Below, one piece after another: positions 57,176 to 61,982 of a stretch of DNA of 61,982 nucleotides; within the stretch, counting starts at the first letter, position 1, and every line of letters begins with the position of its first letter. Under the pieces are notes generated by a model. It ran no database searches. It was not told the DNA's origin and saw nothing but the letters and a program-made list of their open reading frames with translations. This DNA is from Candidatus Aenigmatarchaeota archaeon (GTDB lineage: Archaea > Aenigmatarchaeota > Aenigmatarchaeia > GW2011-AR5), in the NCBI GenBank assembly GCA_016193585.1, contig JACPRW010000002.1, positions 1-61,982 on the forward strand. Direction: 5' to 3'. A program made the position numbers and the translations under genes.

Positions 57176-58294
57176 TCAAAAACTTTGTAGACTAATAAGT
57201 GTATCTTCGATAGCCTTATCTAAATCGACCTTGTAATGGCCTTTAATTTGGTTTTGGAATCTATTATCGATTCTCATATAATAAACCATAGTTTCTTCCC
57301 ATCTTGCCTCTCTATTACTGAGCCTTCTCAAAGAATCATTAACTAGCCATATTTTATCAGAAACCGAAATTAATGCATCCTTAAGTTTTTCTGTGCTTTT
57401 ACCCTTTATTGCATTGTCTAAACTTCTCACGTAGAAAGCAGAATTCAAATTTTTAATAGGATACTGTGGAATTATTAATGCTATTCTCTTACCTTTCTCT
57501 ATATCCCTCCTTTCGTTCATATGGAGCAATTCATCAAAGCCTCTTGAATCCCTTTGTATTCTTTCTACTTCTAATGCCAACGCATGTAAAAAATTTATTT
57601 GACACTCTGTATGTTTTCGTCTTCTATAGATTATATCCGCCAAAAGTACTATTAGAGGAATTAAAATTGCAATCCATATCGAGAGTAAGCTAGGAGACCT
57701 TGTTTCAAGTTCATATTTTGTAAAGACTCTATAGGAATATGCATTCGTTAATTCCCCATTTATATAAAAATTCGATGAGTAGCTTTCAGGAATTTCAGGC
57801 TCAATTACGTATAGGGTCGGTATTATTTCAAATCTTTTAGTTTCATTTAATAATGTTCCCGAACAATAATTTTCCTTATTGTTATTGTCCACATATTCCC
57901 ACGGCTTTTCAGGGCTTATTTGGTGAAATTCATAATAAGATTTAGGTGTCAGGTTATAATCTATCAAAATGCCATATGTATAAGGCGATGAGCAAAATAA
58001 GTGAGGACCGGGTCCAGCTCTGTCAAGCTGTATGCTGATTCTAGGTCTTACAAGGGTGCAGTTTCCCGTATTTAATATTCCTAGATTTTTTATAAAAAAT
58101 GAATCATCCTCACGTAGTTCTGGAGCTTGGTATAGAGATTTTTTACCTTCTGATATTGCTATAGTATCTAGGTATACATCAGCACTATAAACGCATTCGG
58201 CAAAGCTTATTGACGATATAGAAATCAAAAAAATCAATGCGTATAGAGTAGTTTTTGGAATTGTCATATTTTTACATATGTGGACTAACTTCAA
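57176..58294 (-). CDS. Single-pass membrane protein: signal peptide, about 200-aa extracellular domain, TM, about 150-aa cytoplasmic domain
   Basis: TM LLSIWIAILIPLIVLLADIIY. 14 bp upstream of the cyclase on the same strand. Confidence 0.5.
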   Translation of the reverse strand: MKLVHICKNMTIPKTTLYALIFLISISSISFAECVYSADVYLDTIAISEGKKSLYQAPELREDDSFFIKNLGILNTGNCTLVRPRISIQLDRAGPGPHLFCSSPYTYGILIDYNLTPKSYYEFHQISPEKPWEYVDNNNKENYCSGTLLNETKRFEIIPTLYVIEPEIPESYSSNFYINGELTNAYSYRVFTKYELETRSPSLLSIWIAILIPLIVLLADIIYRRRKHTECQINFLHALALEVERIQRDSRGFDELLHMNERRDIEKGKRIALIIPQYPIKNLNSAFYVRSLDNAIKGKSTEKLKDALISVSDKIWLVNDSLRRLSNREARWEETMVYYMRIDNRFQNQIKGHYKVDLDKAIEDTLISLQSF

Positions 58295-58412
58295 AAAACA
58301 ATAGCTTCCTTAGTAATAACTCTCTACCTGTATGTAAAAAAGGTCGTTTGAGCACTATGTTTTGATGAGACAATTATCTAATAAAAGGGTTTCTTACATA
58401 TGTAAAAAAGTC

Positions 58413-59126
58413 TTAATATTTACTTTTAATGAACTTCCTAAATTCTAAAACAGTCAGTACTATCAATGAAATAGTTGCTATGAATAAACTATTTCTGGAT
58501 ATTTCGATATTCAATTCTTCGTTACGTGACATGACTTCTATAGGTCTATCGAATGAGATATCACTTTTATCAACTGGAAATCTTTCAGTATTGCCTTTGA
58601 AAGAAGCCAATCTCATAAATATTTTAGTAGATGGGCGAGCTAATGTATTGTTGTAAAATACATTTCCACACGGGTATAAAGATGACTCTACACCTGCCGT
58701 GATATTTTCTATACCATTTTGCCAACAGCCCCATATAACTGTATCATCGCCGTAAGATGCCTGAATGCTAATGTCTATATTTGTATAGTTCCACACCATA
58801 GACCGAACTCCTACCTTGCAGGTTATGTTAGAAATGCTTGTGATAAATTGTGTGTTTGATTCACATGTAAGTTTAACAAAGGTATTTCCATTTACATCAA
58901 TTTCATTTGGCTCATAAATACCACTTTTTGTAAAGAATGGTGTCATGATTAATATATATGCAAAAACAGAAAACATCGATATCAAAGAAAACCAAAAAAC
59001 CTTACTTTTATTTCTCTTTAGCCATTTATTAATTAAATCTATACACATCATTCTTCTAATAAAAACAAAATTTATATAGATTCTTTGTAACCTTAACCAT
59101 CCTTTAACTTTGAAGCCAATATCCAC
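58413..59126 (-). CDS. Membrane protein with N- and C-terminal TM helices flanking an extracytoplasmic Cys-containing domain
   Basis: TMs FWFSLISMFSVFAYILIMTPFF and LFIATISLIVLTVLEF. Confidence 0.45.
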   Translation of the reverse strand: MDIGFKVKGWLRLQRIYINFVFIRRMMCIDLINKWLKRNKSKVFWFSLISMFSVFAYILIMTPFFTKSGIYEPNEIDVNGNTFVKLTCESNTQFITSISNITCKVGVRSMVWNYTNIDISIQASYGDDTVIWGCWQNGIENITAGVESSLYPCGNVFYNNTLARPSTKIFMRLASFKGNTERFPVDKSDISFDRPIEVMSRNEELNIEISRNSLFIATISLIVLTVLEFRKFIKSKY

Positions 59127-59311
59127 TGGTTCTGCCTACCTATCTTGAAATATTTGACTTTTCCGGCCTTCTCCAATCTGTGGAGATGCATCTGTGCAGT
59201 ATACCAAGCTAAACCTACATCTTTGGCTACCATCTCTGTTGTGGCAGAAAAAGGTATTCTTTTCAGATATGCCAGTATCTTTTCGTCTATTTCCTTCCAT
59301 GTTCGACGCAC
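59093..59311 (-). CDS. Small winged-helix DNA-binding protein
   Basis: ILAYLKRIPFSATTEMVAKDVGLAWYTAQMHLHRLEKAGKVKYF. Overlaps the downstream membrane-protein gene by 34 nt. Confidence 0.5.
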   Translation of the reverse strand: MRRTWKEIDEKILAYLKRIPFSATTEMVAKDVGLAWYTAQMHLHRLEKAGKVKYFKIGRQNQWILASKLKDG

Positions 59312-59396
59312 AAAATCACCTGAGATGTATTATAACAACATAGTATAACATATAGTCTTTTTAAGCATATCCTTTAAAGTTGTATGAGGGTGTAGT

Positions 59397-61016
59397 ATGG
59401 GTAATCAAATTCATAAAAACGCTCTAGTTTATTGTTTAGCGTTCCTTTTGTTTGCTAGTTTTCCAGTTTTAGCTGTTATAAACTTGCAATATTCTGTTTC
59501 CCCTTCAAGTAAAACTTTGTATTGGGATGAAACACTGACCGTAACTGCTTGGGTAAAAAATACGAATATGTTCACAGGAGGCTATTGCAGGGCTTCTGTT
59601 GTTGAAATACCATCCTCAGTTACTCAATGGATTTCTGTAGCTGCAGGACAATCTCAGAATATCTATTTGTACATACCGGCACCATCAACTGGACAGGCTA
59701 CAGTTCAGTACAATGTTAAAATAGAATGTTATGATAACGGCGACCCCACTATAGCTACAAAATACGGGACGGTAACTGTAACTTATCCTCCTATCGAACA
59801 ATTAGACGCCTATAACAGCCTAACATCGGCATCCGCTTTTGTTCAAGATGCTAACTCTGCAAAGACATCCGTACAATCCACCGTAAACGAGGCTGGTTCT
59901 TCTTGCACAAAAGCACAGACACAGTGGAACTCTGCAACTAACTATCTAAATACTGCTAATTCAAAATACTCGACAGCAAATAATGCCTACGCCTCCAAAA
60001 GCTTTAGCACTGCCCAATCAGATGCCAATAGTGCACAGCAGTCTGCTCTATCAGCTAAAAATAGTTTCAATACGGCATTAACAGAAGCAAATGCATGTCT
60101 GGGTCAAAAACAAGAGGCATCTGCAGCACTTACGAACACTAAAAACACGATAACAGAAGCCACAAATTCAAAAAATAGTGCTGAAAGCACTGTTAGTCAA
60201 GCCGGTTCTTCCTGCACATCAGCCCAGTCCAGCTGGACATCTGGAACAACTTTGATTGCAGACGCAGAGTCTAAATACTCAACCGCACAGAGCAATTACA
60301 ATTCTAATAACTACGAATCAGCCAAGACGAACGCCAACGCAGCTCAACAATCTGCTGTACAAGCGAAAAGTAATTTCAACGCTGCTTCAACATCAGCTTC
60401 AAGTTGTTTACAAGCCCAGAAGTCAGCAACTGGAAAAATTAGTTCTGCTCAAAATGCCATAAATCTAGCAGGCAGTCTTATAGAATCAGCTAAATCAATA
60501 GATGCTTCAGTTGAACAGTCAACGAAATATTTAGACTCTGCTAAAGAATATTTGGAACAAGCGAAGATTGCAGAAAGAAATAAAGATTCTGCTTCGTCCT
60601 CGAATAATGCGGATGCTGCATCTAGCAAAGCCATATTATCACAAAGCGAAGCCAAGAATTCTATAGCTAAAAGAGCACAAGAAATCATAGATAACTCAAA
60701 AGCAAAGCTTAGTGTGGTAGAAAGTACGGAAAGCAAATACAATGTTGATATACCAACCAGTTCCGTTAGTGAATCTATACAAAAAACAACAGACAGCTTA
60801 GCTTCTGGAGACTACTTTAAAGCTGCAGAAAACGCAAAGATTTTGTCGTCTCAAGCGGCTGAAGTAGAGGCTAGTGCAAACAAAATTACCGGACAAATAA
60901 CAGCGTCTAACACTACTTATCTTGCTGGGGGCATCGTGGCGGTTCTGCTAATCGGTGGCGGAATTTACTGGTTCAAATTCAGAAAAAAAGGAAAATCGAA
61001 GCCTAAGAGAGATTAA
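59397..61016 (+). CDS. Surface protein: signal peptide, CARDB-like N-domain, two about 100-aa Ser/Ala/Asn-rich tandem repeats, helical stalk, C-terminal TM anchor plus basic tail
   Basis: Repeat units begin ...VQSTVNEAGSSCTKAQTQWNSATNYLNTANSKYSTANNAY and ...STVSQAGSSCTSAQSSWTSGTTLIADAESKYSTAQSNY. C-terminus GGIVAVLLIGGGIYWFKFRKKGKSKPKRD. Confidence 0.6.
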   Translation: MGNQIHKNALVYCLAFLLFASFPVLAVINLQYSVSPSSKTLYWDETLTVTAWVKNTNMFTGGYCRASVVEIPSSVTQWISVAAGQSQNIYLYIPAPSTGQATVQYNVKIECYDNGDPTIATKYGTVTVTYPPIEQLDAYNSLTSASAFVQDANSAKTSVQSTVNEAGSSCTKAQTQWNSATNYLNTANSKYSTANNAYASKSFSTAQSDANSAQQSALSAKNSFNTALTEANACLGQKQEASAALTNTKNTITEATNSKNSAESTVSQAGSSCTSAQSSWTSGTTLIADAESKYSTAQSNYNSNNYESAKTNANAAQQSAVQAKSNFNAASTSASSCLQAQKSATGKISSAQNAINLAGSLIESAKSIDASVEQSTKYLDSAKEYLEQAKIAERNKDSASSSNNADAASSKAILSQSEAKNSIAKRAQEIIDNSKAKLSVVESTESKYNVDIPTSSVSESIQKTTDSLASGDYFKAAENAKILSSQAAEVEASANKITGQITASNTTYLAGGIVAVLLIGGGIYWFKFRKKGKSKPKRD

Positions 61017-61024
61017 TTATTACA

Positions 61025-61849
61025 ATGAAAAACTTATCATTGCTTGTAGCAATTCTTGTTTTCGCTTCGGGTTGTGTAACCAGCACACAGCCGTCAACTG
61101 TTAATCAGGCAAATACTTCTTTCATAGCAGATGCCAACAAGCAAAAAGCACTTGAGTCCATAAATAACGCTAAACTGTTGCACTCTACGCTTAAGAATTA
61201 TATATCAAATTTTGAAATCCAAGTATCTGAGGCAAATTTCAGAGGCGTCAATCTAACGGGCACTACAGGTAATGTGATTTCAATAAAAAATCAACTTGAT
61301 GACAATTTAAATTTGATAAATAAGGCAGAGAATGCATACGGCATTGGCTCTTATTCAACTTCTATTAATAATTCAGAACAGGCAATTGATAAATTTCAGT
61401 TTCTTAAACAAAAATTGCAAAACCTCACAGAAATTCTCCAACATGATTATCAAAGAACTATGGAGAAATACGCAAAATTAATCGAGGATTCTGAATTGAG
61501 TTATATGGAAGCAGAAGCATTTATAGTAACTGTAGAAGATTTTGGAATAAACGTTTATCAACCAAAGCTTATGTTAATGTCTCTGAATAATAGTCTGAAT
61601 GCTGCGAAAAGGTTTTTTAAGGAGAACCAATTTTCAAGCATCAATTTACAGCCAGATAGAATTAAAGCAGAAGCCGACAGCATAAAGAACGATGTAACAG
61701 ATTTGTATTTTGATTCAGCAATAACCGAAAAATTAAAAGATGCAGAAAAATACATAGAGACCAATGAAGCCAAAGAAATTCTTGCCGAGGCCGATTCTAA
61801 AAGGAGGGAAAAGAGACATTCTGAATCTGTGGATTTGATTAATTGTTAA
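61025..61849 (+). CDS. Secreted/lipoprotein-like helical protein
   Basis: Signal MKNLSLLVAILVFASGC. AT-rich. Confidence 0.5.
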   Translation: MKNLSLLVAILVFASGCVTSTQPSTVNQANTSFIADANKQKALESINNAKLLHSTLKNYISNFEIQVSEANFRGVNLTGTTGNVISIKNQLDDNLNLINKAENAYGIGSYSTSINNSEQAIDKFQFLKQKLQNLTEILQHDYQRTMEKYAKLIEDSELSYMEAEAFIVTVEDFGINVYQPKLMLMSLNNSLNAAKRFFKENQFSSINLQPDRIKAEADSIKNDVTDLYFDSAITEKLKDAEKYIETNEAKEILAEADSKRREKRHSESVDLINC

Positions 61850-61982
61850 CCGACAGCCCATACTGAGCCAGTCCTTTGTTTGGCTCTGAATACTTCTAGC
61901 GGAGTCATATACTTAAGGCTGCTGTGTGGCGTGTTGTTGTACTGCTTCTCGAACTGCTGTAGCAGTTCGTTCATGTGGTCAA
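61846..61982 (-). CDS. Partial DDE (rve-type, IS3/IS481-like) transposase, C-terminal 45 codons. The 5' part lies beyond the window end.
   Basis: Hand translation ...NELLQQFEKQYNNTPHSSLKYMTPLEVFRAKQRTGSVWAVG*. The HSSLxYxTPxE ending is typical of rve integrase cores. Confidence 0.5.
   Translation of the reverse strand, partial: DHMNELLQQFEKQYNNTPHSSLKYMTPLEVFRAKQRTGSVWAVG

Larger units (their letters stand above)
54532..61850 (+). mobile_element. Putative tRNA-associated integrated element: tyrosine integrase plus 5.8-kb AT-rich cargo. The other boundary is not in the window.
   Basis: Abrupt drop in GC and a shift in codon usage from 54.7 kb to 61.85 kb. Integrase next to the tRNA. Partial tRNA-5' repeats upstream. 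Transposase fragment at the far end. Confidence 0.45.

Overview
This window is a high-GC (about 60%) archaeal chromosomal segment. Archaeal markers are aRF1, the Sm-like protein SmAP, ribosomal proteins L37e and S8e, an archaeal-type PEP carboxylase, a TrmB regulator and intron-containing tRNAs.

Housekeeping genes: MetRS, ValRS, pyruvate kinase, PEPC, aspartate aminotransferase, myo-inositol-1-phosphate synthase, bacterial-type MetK, a Ca2+/H+ antiporter, an SPFH protein, TatD, and nickel superoxide dismutase with its SodX-like peptidase.

AT-rich accessory material is interleaved with these:
- Three VapBC pairs, one HicAB pair (hicA frameshifted), and one RelE-like toxin split by a MITE insertion.
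- A small tRNA-flanked islet carrying a NYN-domain gene.
- A giant (about 2,500 aa) Cys-rich secreted adhesin-like gene broken by two compensating frameshifts.
- A tRNA (probably Tyr, intron-containing) preceded by a 4-unit 50-bp tandem array and followed by a tyrosine integrase plus a 5.8-kb AT-rich island ending in a transposase fragment.

That island carries a 4-gene operon: wHTH regulator, membrane protein, single-pass TM protein, class III nucleotidyl cyclase. This is a candidate undescribed cyclic-nucleotide signalling or defence module.

The most pervasive non-genic feature is a superfamily of AT-rich modular hairpin repeats, each bounded by TATAG ... CTATA (REP/BIME- or MITE-like). More than 15 loci occur, almost all intergenic and often overlapping stop codons. 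Nested insertions and an apparent excision footprint indicate they are, or recently were, mobile.

All calls are from reading the sequence and from remembered family motifs. No database search was run.
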